A DNA stretch of 63,993 bases, filler included, from Dimargaris cristalligena (taxonomy: Eukaryota): assembly GCA_003614675.1 (NCBI GenBank). It is 7 parts of 7 records of this genome, joined end to end, with 100 filler letters (N's around TTAATTAATTAA, not from the genome) between each part and the next. Parts side by side here need not be neighbours in the genome. Positions count along the whole stretch, not along the records: positions 1 to 9,316 come from ML003266.1; positions 9,417 to 18,724 come from ML003267.1; 5 more parts are not named here. One strand, 5' to 3'. Position numbers and translations under genes: made by a program. The notes under the pieces were generated by a model. It searched no databases, was not told where the DNA came from, and was given only the letters and a program-made list of their open reading frames with translations. Positions 1-11,296 of this stretch are shown one piece after another. Every line of letters starts with the position of its first letter. Position 1 is the first letter of the stretch.

Positions 1-74
1 GAATATCTTTTAACCAGTAATATTGGCCTCATCCAATGGATTTTTCATTATACAGCCTGAATGAACTTCTCCCA
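1..74. mobile_element. MITE family M, partial copy (contig edge)
   Basis: TTTTAACCAGTAATATTGGCCTCATCCAATGGATTTTTCATTATACAGCCTGAATGAACTTCTCCCA|TA, near-identical to the right part of the copy at 61728-61865. Confidence 0.85.
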
Positions 75-887
75 TATTTTTAAATGAAGTGGGCCCACAA
101 AAAAAGGGAGGTGTGTGGGAACTTAGCTAATCCTTGAGATCTATGGTTTAATTCGGGCGATATCTGTGGAATAGGCCTTCAATAAACTGGATCTACGTTT
201 CGGCATGGGGGAAGTGCAGCCTGGTTAATTAACAAGATTTACAATTGCTGTTTCAACCAAGTATTCTGTCAACTTTCCTGGGCGTGTTTCATTAGCGCTA
301 TGTTGTGCTGAAGTTCTCTCCTAAGGTGATCCAGACGGTAGGCGCTTAAGGCCACAGTGGGTTTTCATTGAATATAATGAGGCGGGGGACGTGACACCAG
401 TTAAATAGGCCAAGTAGCTGATCAGATGTAGAAACGGGATGTGTTCAGTGGAAAATACCTATATTCGGGATTTCTTTGGGGTCACCCAGTATACCTGATA
501 CGCTAGGTAACAAAAGGCTCTAATTCCGATTATAATAATTCCATCATCATAGGCCTTTACGTGTACACGAGAGAGAAAGACCACACAGTTCAACCCACTA
601 AGATTACTATGGTTCGAGAGGAGTGGGTGGGTGATTGAAAGGCAACAACAAATATAATTCCCATGGGAGTTTATTTATTATCTAATTGACTGAAGTCGCC
701 CAGTAGGTGTCATCGTTTGGGCCAACCAAGTGCATCATAGTAGTGCTGGTCAAAAAGAAAAGAAAAGAAAAAAAACTACCCGATGCTTATAGCCCAACGA
801 ATTAACAAGTCAAGTTGGGGGTTACGAAGACGCCGTTTATCCGATTTCCATTGATTATTCTGTAGATTTAGCCACTTCTCCTACCAA

Positions 888-2435
888 ATGCTGAATGCAC
901 TACTCCCTCGTCTGCGGCTAGCTCCGCCTACCCGAGTGTACCGGGGGGCCCTTGCCCTCAATGCTGGGGCAGCCACACCCTGCCGCGCCTACGCTATTAT
1001 GCACCGAATGAAGCGCCGCAAGCAATTTGCTGACCAGGTGGGCAAACCGGCCCCGACCCACGCGGAGACCGCATTATTGGAGATAGCCAATGAATTCAGC
1101 AGTGTCGACCAGGAGGAGGTCGAGGTAGTGGTGGACCCAGCTGTAACGCCGTTATCCCCGGACGGTGTTGATCCAGACCTTAAAGAACCGTCCGATAGCA
1201 GCCCCCCCACCCCGGAGACCACCGAGGCGGATAAATCATCCCCGAGTAGAATATCGAAAGCGGACCTCGATGATCCTACCCGATACCTTAGCAGCCTCAA
1301 CCTCAAACCAGCCGGTAAGTAATAAATAGCATGTGGTCTCGGACTTGGCTCTAAACCGGTAACGATGTGTTATGAAATGCCCTGGTGGCAGATATTTTTA
1401 ATGAATAACACTACCGGGTTTCCAGTACTGCTAAGAATACTCGACTAACATTGCTATATAATTACACTTGCCGTTCTTTGTTTGGACAACCCCTTTCCCC
1501 CCTTTGCGGTAGGTATGGAGCTAAGACTAGCCAAAGTCACTGACAAATTCCAACAACCCAAAAAACCCCAACTACTCAAGGTGGTCATGCTGGGACCCGC
1601 CAACGCCGGCAAATCGACGTTAGTCAACCGCCTCATCGGCACCGATGTCTCTGTGGTTGCTCCGCTGGCTCAGACCACGCGGTCGCGAATTATGGCTTCC
1701 ATGACCCGGGGGACTAAGCAACTTATCTTTTTGGATACCCCGGGGGTAGTGGTCGCCCAGCTTCGGCACAAGGTGAGCCGAGAACTAGTCACCTCCCCTT
1801 GGCACAGTCTGGACGAAGCCGAACACATTGTGTTGGTCATGGACGCCTACAAGGCCATCTACCACACCACCGGAGCCGAGGACGAAATCTTCCGCCGCCT
1901 CGAATCCTACCAAACCCCGGCCACCCTGGTCCTGAACAAAATTGACCTTTTCTCGGACGACACCATTGTCAAGGAGCTGGCCCTCCACTTCCAAGCCCGG
2001 TACCCGCACATCAAGAGTACGGTGTTTACTTCGGGAATCACCAATGATACCATCAACACCCTCCGCCAGGATCTGCTCTCCTACACCCGGCCCAATCCCT
2101 GGCTCGTTTCCCGGCATTTCCGCTGCGACACGGCCGATCTGACCCAGGTTGAGGACACTATCCGGGCCGGACTGTTCGGGGTCCTCGAGGGCTACCTGCC
2201 CTATATTATTCGCCAGGAAAATATAGGCTGGACCGAAATCGACGATGAACGCCGGACCCTCCGAATCGACCAGATTTTGTACGTGGACAATGTGCGGCAA
2301 AAGAAAATCGTGGTGGGACTCAAGGGGGATAAAATTATGGCCGCAGCTGGGCAAGCCCGTATTCAGTTATCGCGGATGTTTGACCGACATGTGGTGGTCA
2401 ACCTGTTTGTCAAGGTTAAAACTACCTACCACTAA
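888..2435 (+). CDS. era: Mitochondrial Era-like GTPase (ERAL1 homolog), 2 exons: 888-1314, 1513-2435
   Basis: Phase-1 intron GTAAGT(1315)...TAG(1512) joins the two ORFs in frame; G1 GPANAGKS, G2 TTR, G3 DTPG, G4 NKID, C-terminal KH GxxG (VVGLKG); Arg/Leu/Ala-rich N-terminus resembles a mitochondrial presequence. Confidence 0.9.
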
Positions 2436-2967
2436 CCCAGACCCTAGGGTTGAATTAGCAGGGCAGGGAATAAACTATAACTGACAATCGACCAAGCAAT
2501 GGGTGGAGGATATGCGTGATTTACGACACTTTGCAATCCCCTTCACTCTTTATTTTTAAGTAGAGAAGGGAAGGGGAGGGTAAGCTTGCGGAACTAGGCT
2601 TACATTTTCAATTTCCGTGATAAACATCTGTAGGCCAAACTAGCGTGGCATGTGGGACTACAGCTTAAGCCAATGGTCCAGTAAAGGGAACCTCTACGAG
2701 GCGGGCAGCATCAAAGGGAAAGGGTGTGACAGCCTCCGCGGTGTTCTTTCGATTTAACGTAAAAAGAAGGTACTTAATCTTGGCGCCAATGTGCCGCAGG
2801 TGAGACCCCAAACTGCGCTTTTCGGAGAGTTGAATGGAGATTACGAAAGCCAGCCCCGCCAGTGCGTTTCGGCCACGCCCTCCCCCTATGGGCAAGTGTA
2901 AAAAGATTGGGCACCCAATTATCACGTGCCAACAGGAAGGCCCGGCCCGGTAGATTATAGGTATATA

Positions 2968-3095
2968 TGGGAGAAGTTCATCCAAGCTGTATAACGAAAA
3001 ATCCATTAGATGGGGCCAACATTACTGGTTAAAATGGTTACTCTCCCATACACAAATCATGTAAAATGGTATACAGCTGGCTTGAATTTCACCCA
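2968..3095. mobile_element. MITE family M, full copy
   Basis: TA|TGGGAGAAGTTCATCCAAGCTGTATA...TATACAGCTGGCTTGAATTTCACCCA|TA; imperfect ~26 bp TIRs, TA flanks, followed by (AT)n. Confidence 0.85.
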
Positions 3096-3571
3096 TATAT
3101 ATATATATATATATATATATCGGTATAGTAATTAGGATGTGAGCCACTGGTAGAGTGAGGTTTGGTGCGCTAAACAGTTCTGAAAAGGATTTGCTCGGAT
3201 TTCTATATATAGCAGCAGCCTCGATTTTTCGGCTAATCCTAAGAATAGCTGGACCACCCCCATGAAGGTAAACACATGTAGCCTAGCCAGTTCAGTTCGA
3301 CAGGCCTTTACTAAGGCTAGGTAATTGACAGCCCAGCTGTTTATTAATGGAATTCTTTGTAGAATAGACAAGTTTCATTTAATTATAACCCGGGGGGTAT
3401 ATATATATATATTCATGTAGAGGCTCAAGAGTACCCACTTACTGTTGACTTTTACCAGCAATAACATCCAAATTAGCCTGAGTGTGCCAAGGCCTGGTAG
3501 TTGTTATGGACGGGGGGAAGGAGGGAATGCAGTCTGCCCCCCTCCCCCATTCCCCCCAACCCCCCGGCACC

Positions 3572-3579
3572 TGACGTCA
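3572..3579. promoter_or_regulatory. CRE palindrome TGACGTCA upstream of the RRM gene
   Basis: Perfect ATF/CREB site about 100 nt upstream of TATATATA (~3680) and 350 nt before ATG 3930. Confidence 0.35.
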
Positions 3580-3929
3580 GCCTGGGAGGAAGTGAGCTGA
3601 AGGCACTTCAATGCGCCCCGCCCACAGTTCCATTGTGTGAGACATCTCTCGCATCATAGTCTAGGCTGCGTAGGTGGTGTATATATAGGCGATGGCACTC
3701 CTCTCTCCCCTGTTGCTTTCCCCTTATACTCGTAGATTCAGAAGCTTGTGTGTGTGTCCCCCTCCTTTTTGTTGATCCATCTTATATACCGCAATTCAAA
3801 TCCCGCCGTGACTCCCTCGTCTTTTAACAACTCCTCTCTCATCTTCCCTGTCCAGTCTTTGGCCTTCAGGTACTTTTCCTCCTCCTCCAACACTTTCCCC
3901 TCCCCCTCCTCCTCCATACACAACCGACC

Positions 3930-4775
3930 ATGTCCGCCACCTGGACCACCGTCGCTCTCCCCGCCGAAGCCTCCCCCAACTTTGTCCTCGTCGAGGGCAT
4001 CGCCAAGGAAGCCGATGCGGCCAAGGTTACCGAGTTCTTCACATTCTGCGGTAAAATCGACCAGTTCGAGCTGCGCCCCTCGGCCGATGGGGAAGCCCAG
4101 GAGGCCCTTATCCACTTCGAGAAGGACTCGGCTGCCAAGACCGCCGTGCTGCTGTCCAACGCCATGATCGCCGAAAAGCCCATCGAGGTGCGCTTCTTCT
4201 TTGACCAGTACAACGTGGCCGCCTCCCCCGTCCCCGAACTGCCCAAGGAGGGCGAAGCGGCCCAGCGCAGCCATATCGACGAAGCCGCCACCCTGCTCAA
4301 GGACCGTGACCTGCCGCAGGAGGAGAAGCCCAAGTCGTCCATTTTCTACGAAATCATCGCCAACGGCTACCTGCTGTCCGAGAAACTCGTCAAGACGGCC
4401 TACGAGTATGATTCCCGCTACGGTCTCAGTGACAAGGCCCAGAGCCTGGTCGGCCAGGCCAGACAGAGCGCCAGTGCCCTGGACGAGCGCTTTAAGGTCT
4501 CCGAAAACATCAAGAACATCGACGAAAAGTACAAGATTCACGATAAAGTCAACAACCTGACCACCCAGGCCACCGCCCTCAGCAACCAGGCCCTCCAGTC
4601 CCCCGCCGGTCAGCGGGTCGTGCACGCTCTGCAGCAGGCCAAGGAATCCGGCGTGCGTACCTACGAGGAGGGTGTCAAACTGGCCGAAGATGAGAAACGC
4701 GAAAGCACCGATGCCGAGACCCCCCCTGCCGCTGCCCCCACCACGGCTGCTACCGAACCCACCACTACCATCTAA
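3930..4775 (+). CDS. RRM-domain protein, Vip1-like
   Basis: N-terminal RRM-like fold (VTEFFTFCGKI, ALIHFEKDSAAKTAVLLSNA), then 'IIANGYLLS...YDSRYGLS' and 'DERFKVS/DEKYKIH' repeats typical of fungal Vip1; strong GC3 bias. Confidence 0.8.
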   Translation: MSATWTTVALPAEASPNFVLVEGIAKEADAAKVTEFFTFCGKIDQFELRPSADGEAQEALIHFEKDSAAKTAVLLSNAMIAEKPIEVRFFFDQYNVAASPVPELPKEGEAAQRSHIDEAATLLKDRDLPQEEKPKSSIFYEIIANGYLLSEKLVKTAYEYDSRYGLSDKAQSLVGQARQSASALDERFKVSENIKNIDEKYKIHDKVNNLTTQATALSNQALQSPAGQRVVHALQQAKESGVRTYEEGVKLAEDEKRESTDAETPPAAAPTTAATEPTTTI

Positions 4776-5530
4776 GCTCTGACCTTTCTCCCCACCCATC
4801 TGCACATGCCATTTGGGCCATATTCTTCCAACTTACCTATTCTGTACCCTCCCCCCCATTAATCCCGGCACCGTCGCCCGCCCCTTCTCCTACCATACTG
4901 TTTGATTTTCATTTTCTCTGCATTTGCCCCATTTCAGTCTGCCGCTAGGTTTGTGTGTGCTTATAGTAAAGTCTATTATGGTTTTCTCAGTATCCCGTTT
5001 CCCTTTGGTGGGTATCTGTCCGTTTGTTTAATGGACGTGGTAAAAGGGGGGTTTCCCCACCCCTGTTTGATTGTCGAACCCTGGTGGTGGTAATCTGTGT
5101 TAGAATAACCTTATTGATCAGTCGAAACGTATCTGCCCCAACAGCAATTATCGACCTCCTGTTTATTTAACAATATTATTATGCGGAGACTGGTGTGAAT
5201 AAGATAACAATTACCACTGCGATGCCCAATGTATTGATTAAAAATACGAAAGGAAAGGAAAGTAAGATGAGATGGATAGGGGCAGGAAAAATGGGCATAT
5301 CCCTTCCGTAACCCCCGCGCTAGTGGGATTCTGTCAGCAAGTTTCTGGGGGCGATCCGTGTCTACTGGCCATGGATAATCCCTGCTTTTTCGGGCCCCGT
5401 TTCCTCGGATTCATCAACCTTTTTGATGGCCAGGGACATCCAAGGTTGTTATCATAATAATAATAGTTGGCCCAGTACATAGAGTGTCTGCCGCATAATA
5501 TTTAGTTGATCTGGACATGGTGGGAAGGGA

Positions 5531-6955
5531 TTATACTCGACAGGGGCGTGGTTCAACCCATTTCCAAAATGGTTTCATTTCTTCATTGACCCACACACCA
5601 CTATGTTGGAGTCTAGAACTTACCAAGTGCTTCTCCGTTTGGCGTTTCAAATGAAGGATACCGGCTTTCGTGCCCTCCCATTTACTGTGCAGCGCCTGGT
5701 CTCGAGAGCGCAGAAGCGATAGGCGAGCCTGCGTCGCCCTGCTCGTTTCCAACAGGTACTTTTCCGAATCACTGTACAATAAAGTGCAATACCATATAAT
5801 ACATTGAACCTACTGTAAGTGAACCCACGGTCAAAACAATACCTGCCATTTCTTTGTGGCTCACAGGGTCTAAAATGCCCCAATACATTCGCCACCACAT
5901 AGTTAGCCACTGAGTAGCATATGGGCAAGCGTAACCGTCATTTCCCTTCAGCTTATTATATGACACTGCCGAAATTGGGTTTTTTTGCATCGGAAATCAG
6001 GCCACTCACCAGATAAGGGACACGGTCTTTTCCATTAGGGCAGTCATTCGGATTTGGATATCTGAAGAATAACAGAATACAGAATGCCTAATAGGGCGCA
6101 TTTAATACTACATACGAGTATTATGGAGTAGTATACATAATATAGGTTATAGATGGGCTACGCATCTTATTTAGAAAGGCACTCCTCTACCAATTAATCC
6201 CCTATTGGAACCTACCTTTTAAGCGGCGAATATCGGTACTAGGGCTGGATTGTACATCTTCCACTTGGATTATCCCCTCCGGCGCTGACTCACTTTCAAA
6301 CTGTAATAGGTCCAAGTCACTCACTTCGGCCATATCTTAATCAGACAATGTAGCTACTATTCGGAATGGCAAATAAATAGCCGGTCCGATGGTTGGATGG
6401 ACCTGAAATATGGCCGGGGCGAGGGTGTGTGATTAGGCGATTTGAGCAGCTCAGATATTCCAATACCAGCTACCTGTTAATCGGGTACCAAGTGTCCCTT
6501 CTATTATGGCTTTACGCCTGACATTTGTAGTGGCATCACTAAGAATTCGGCCAGGACGCTCCCACGACGTTACAATGTCCCACATATTACAGTATGCCAG
6601 ACTTACCTTAAGAACGCAGATTGCAAACCAACTAACAGGAAATACTGATAAGCGGCCAGTAAATCTTGTAGAAAACATATGAGGAAGGAGATAGAGAAAC
6701 ATCAAAATGTACGTCAAGGATGTCCCTTACAGGTTTAAATAAGGCAATTCTAGGGGCCACAACATTGTATCGCCCATACCTATATGCGCATATAGGGTTG
6801 CAGTTTCACACGACCTTTTCGGCGCTATCGGGGCGATTATATATAGGAAGTACCATCGAAAATATATTAAAGCTTAGGATTATTTGATAAGCCACATCCG
6901 GAGGTTCGGAAGAGTGGTACTCACTTGTCAGACGAACCTTGTGGGGTTTTTATCA
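5531..6955 (-). pseudogene. Degraded multi-exon gene of unknown family
   Basis: Minus-strand exon-like blocks bounded by AG/GTRAGT (donors at 6924, 6606, ~6008) chain in phase to ...DATTNVRRKAIIEG...FESESAPEGIIQVED...YPNPNDCPNGKDRVPYL, but with an in-frame TAA and inconsistent phases elsewhere. Confidence 0.3.
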
Positions 6956-7974
6956 CTAGCGGTACATCGTTATCCTTCAGACCGTACTATACCCACCTAC
7001 CAAGCCGCCTAGTTAAGTGGAAAATTTAGATTATATCATCCTTCCTTAAAATCTTTAGCAGTACCATTAGGGCTCCTCAACCTGGCTGAAAACTACTGGG
7101 GAGTCTTCGCTTAAGAATGGGCAAGTTATAGTCCACGCTATCAATTTATCAGTCGCCGACGTGATCAATGACACTTACCCCGATCTAGTGCAGTCCCCGC
7201 ACTAATGGGCGTACGATGGAGGGGGTGGTTGATAAACTACCTTACGCTGCCTTTTCTACTGTATTAACAGTGATATATTACGCCGAAACTAATGTAAAGT
7301 GTATGCCTATCTATGGGTCCCAAGGGTACGTTTTGGCCAGACTGGTCAAATCTCCATTGGGGTTTACCAGCCCCCGCCCCTGACTACTTTTAATGCCTGC
7401 TGAATGTTGTCACTGGCTCTTGTATAGTGTGCTAGAAATATAGACGACTGGCACACCAACCAATCGATTAGTCTCGCTGGCCATATCCCATAAATAATTC
7501 CATATAGGTATTATATTTTATACCGAGGTTGGCCACGGTATTGGCAATCCACTATATCTCCAATTGAAGGGCATGTACCCTCGATACTGTATCGAGCCAG
7601 TCCACCGGGCCAAACAGTGCGGGCAATTTTCCCTGCATGCTTTCCCCCATCCACTGCGAGATTTCCATCGCAGCCAATTATACAGGATTGATCAGCGGGT
7701 GTACTTGATAATCGCTCGGATACGTGTGACTCCGTAGTGATTTTCCCTAAACTCCGCCGGGCTCTACAGGTTATTGGTCCTTCTTCCGATAGCTAGGCGA
7801 TTGGTGTATTGATATTGATGTATTAGAGCCCCACCATTGTAACGTAATGTGACAGACATCATGCACAGTAAAAACAGTAGAGGCATTGCACAGAGACTGG
7901 GGCATCCGGGATATGTATTAATTTTTTTAAAAGGTTGGGATGAGGGATACGACCAAAAACAAGGAAAGTCTATA

Positions 7975-8328
7975 TGGGAGAAGTGTTGGAGATGTATTCT
8001 AGATAGAATTCGCAAGCTAATAAAGTATATCAAAACAATGATAAGAGAGAAAAGCTGCAAAGAGATTCAGGAGAACCTCTTCACTTGGTTTTATTGAGTA
8101 ATGACTGAATAGTTGATAATAGAATATAGATAAAGTCAGGCGAGTAAGATAATTATAAACGTGACCCCAGTTGTGAGGTGTCCATTTTCTAACAAGAAGT
8201 TCATTCAGGCTGTATAATGAAAAATCCATTGGATGAGGCCAATATTACTGGTTAAAAGCTATTCTCACATATATTCGCTCATACACGTATTATGTAAAAC
8301 CTTATATAGCTGGTTTGAATTCCATCCA
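7975..8328. mobile_element. MITE family M copy interrupted by a solo LTR
   Basis: TA|TGGGAGAAG at 7975-7983 resumes as AGAAGTTCATTCAGGCTGTATA at 8195 and ends GAATTCCATCCA|TA at 8328. Confidence 0.85.
7984..8194. mobile_element. Solo LTR (211 bp) with 5-bp TSD AGAAG
   Basis: Starts TGTTGGAGATG, ends CATTTTCTAACA (imperfect inverted termini, TG...CA); AGAAG on both sides. Confidence 0.8.
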
Positions 8329-9316
8329 TATGCAAGGCCTAAATGACTCAGACCTGCATACCAATTTTTCGACATTTAGCCAACGTGAAACTATTACCTT
8401 TGAAGGCCCCAGATATCCGTGTACTCATTGAGCCATTATCACCAATCACTTGCGTATATACCTCCCCTCCACCCTAGACATCACCGTCATTTGAAAAGCT
8501 GCTTTGCGAGATTATGTAAGGTGTTACCTCACCAATGAAAACTGTTCCATTCGGATCACCTCCCTTTAATCTAATCGCCGCCGGTCCAGGATTAGATTGA
8601 CAGCCCCACCCTGGTCCCAATTCTACTACTCGCATTTCAATCGGACTTTACCAATCGAGTCAATTGCCCACTTGTTTTACGCTATTAAAATGGGCCGGCT
8701 TGAGTGATTCCCATGTTTACCGTTTCGGAACGAGCCGTAAGGAAATCAGAGCGTGGGGGTCAAGCAATTGGATTTACAACGCCTTTTGTTCGTGTGCCCA
8801 TCCTGGCACTTTATTTCGATAGGGAAGCAAAAAGAAATGAATAATTCGATCGCCCTGCTCGTATATCTTCTCCCCGTCGTATTACCAAGTCTTTGGGGCC
8901 GAGTGGGTAGTGCTCATCGCTTCTAGTCGTACTTTCCGCCCACCCATTCCTGCCGTGAGGGATAGTCGAACAATCGAGGCAAATCAACTACCCCTACGCA
9001 AATCTATATAACAAAGCCCAGCTTTAGTCGATCGTGTAATGGGGTGGACCCCCCCCCCTACACACACACACATCTACACATACACTCCTATGCTAAATAG
9101 AGTGTTGTATGCCCCATTTCCGTGGCCCCAGGCCTCTTAGTGCTCTACATGCTCAACTGTCAAGTACTATTATATACTTCCCTAATTTATATGCTTTGAA
9201 GCAGCCGGCTTATATTAGCACTACCTTAGCGAAAAGCTAAGATGACCTAATCGACGATGTGTGATAGTAGGTTAAGAGTCGATTAATACCATGCTCCCTC
9301 TCCCTTTTCTTTCCCT

Positions 9317-9416
9317 NNNNNNNNNNNNNNNNNNNNNNNNNNNNNNNNNNNNNNNNNNNNTTAATTAATTAANNNNNNNNNNNNNNNNNNNNNNNNNNNN
9401 NNNNNNNNNNNNNNNN
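9317..9416. other. Artificial contig spacer
   Basis: N-run/TTAATTAATTAA (stops in all six frames)/N-run, 100 nt. Confidence 0.99.
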
Positions 9417-9471
9417 TGCGAAAAATAGATAAAAAATAAAAGTAGGTAAAAAATGTGGTAAGTTCACCACA
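9417..9471 (-). mobile_element. Terminus of young LTR-like family H (TGTGGTGAACTTACCACA...)
   Basis: Reverse complement is identical over 55 nt to 63904-63958; third copy ends at 37746; flanks differ right at the TG. Confidence 0.75.
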
Positions 9472-9610
9472 ACTACTAATTCCAACTTAATAAAACCTAC
9501 CGCGGGCATATAGCCTTGCCCCTTGCAGTTCTTTCTCTCTTCTTTAAAACATTTTAGTTGTATTCGAAGGTACTTGCATTTACTATCAAATCCATATTTC
9601 CAATAAGGGA
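9472..9610. repeat. AT-rich repeat, inverted partner of 18105-18241
   Basis: GCCCCTTGCAGTTCTTTCTCTCTTCTTTAAA...CTTGCATTTACTAT matches the reverse complement of 18105-18241. Confidence 0.75.
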
Positions 9611-10489
9611 CACTAAAATGCCTAACTCAGCTAAAGTAGAATTGGTGAGATGGGGAGTAAGGAGGGAAGATTAAACCACCTTTTCAAGGTGATTAGCAGA
9701 TTGGAAGTGGTCTACCACAGATAAATAATACTAAAAAAAGGGGATACCCTAATTAACCTAGTAAACAGGGCCTTCCCAGAACTGGTTTTCATTAAAAAAG
9801 AAGAAAAGAGATCAAAAAGGTCATCTTCCCCTGCCAGATTCCTGAATAGCTCAGAATTTTTCTTAAGTATAGCCCCTTATTAGCTAGTTTTCTGCTGTGA
9901 AAAGGGTTTACTTACTTTATAATGCAGCTAGTGTAGATTATGTATATTCACCATTTATAATTATTTATTAGGTAATTAATTACCAAAGGAAAGGGGGTAC
10001 GGGTAACCTGGGAAGCTCAAAGGTTTAGCAGAATTGGTGGTTGTTTGTAGTTGGGTGGATTGGTAAGAAATTTTAAAGTATTAGAAGGGTAGTTTCATTA
10101 ATAAAACACAGTTTCTATATACTAGCTGTAAGATTATATATAAAAGAAAGTTTAGGTTTATTGTAATTTAATTTAGTATAGGAATAATCCTTCAAAAAGT
10201 AGTAGAAAGTAGCTTAAAAGTATTGAAAAATAGTGGAAAGTAGTTAAAGAAAGCTAATTTGCTGCTAGTCTAGTTGCAAGACATCAATTTACATAGCATA
10301 GTTTTTTTTTGGCTTTCCCAAGTCATTATTTATAAATTTATTATAGGTCTTATGATCACTCACAGGGTCAGTGATCATTCTTCCCTCATTTTAAAAAAAA
10401 GCCCCATTGATGTGTTTATCTTCTGTTTCAATAAAAAAATAGTGCAGCTACATCAATTAGAACTTTCATCCAAATTGTTATATAGTTAC

Positions 10490-10703
10490 ATTGAACTTTA
10501 CCCATATGCTTACTGCCCTTGTATTAACTAGTAAGTGTTCCTGCTGTATGTCCCTTGTTTATTCTTACACTACAGCCTTTATTAGTTAGTACTGTGCCTG
10601 TACCTAACCCTAGTGACCCACTTGGCCAAGTCCAAGCCCCTTCTACCATTAGAAGCCTATCCTCAGGACTCTTGACAGACTAAGAGTAGTTAACCCAGTA
10701 AAT
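10490..10703 (-). mobile_element. LTR family A fragment
   Basis: Reverse complement of the 5' part of 19699-20283 (CTACCATTAGAAGCCTATC...CAGACTAAGAGTAG); boundaries approximate. Confidence 0.75.
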
Positions 10704-11296
10704 ACTTATAAACTATATCACTTTAATAATCTTATAGTAATAAATCTACTCATTCATTCACCATTTTAATACATCCTAAATGCAGGTTACAGAATGTGCC
10801 TATTACAATAGATGGTAGGTTGTTTGGTAAATTACTGGCTTATTATACTCATAACTTTATGCAGGTAAATAGGGTGTTATATTTTGGAGAGGGGGGTGCA
10901 TGGCCAACTTTTTGGCCATATTTTTGCACAGCTCTATTTATATCAGGGATGTTAGAAAAGCCGGAATATTGAGGGACAGCTAAATACCAGATTTTTATAC
11001 TTTTGTCAAGTTTTAATAGTAATCTAACAGTTAGGCGTTTTTGTAAACAAAAAGGGTATAGTCCAACTGGTAATAGGAATGGAAGAACCCCAAATATAGT
11101 GCAATTATAAGTTATTGATATGTTTTTCTAGGGATTACTATCATAGTGTAGATAATCAGCTGGCTCTATAAATACTGAAGCAGTCAATGATTATAAGTAA
11201 TATGATATTTTAACATTAAAGAATATTCGAAATGTACCAATAAATTGAAAGAAAATATGGCGACTCCATAAAGCCGGGCAAGAAAAATCCGGAATA

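Noticed and set aside
2665-3006. ORFs starting MDFSLYSL (also 8017-8229)
   Set aside because: The shared start comes from the MITE sequence; no coding signal
3738-4805. 355-aa antisense ORF over the RRM gene, and similar shadow ORFs over Era, GUP1, AKR and the Zn2Cys6 genes
   Set aside because: By-product of high GC3 codon bias on the sense strand
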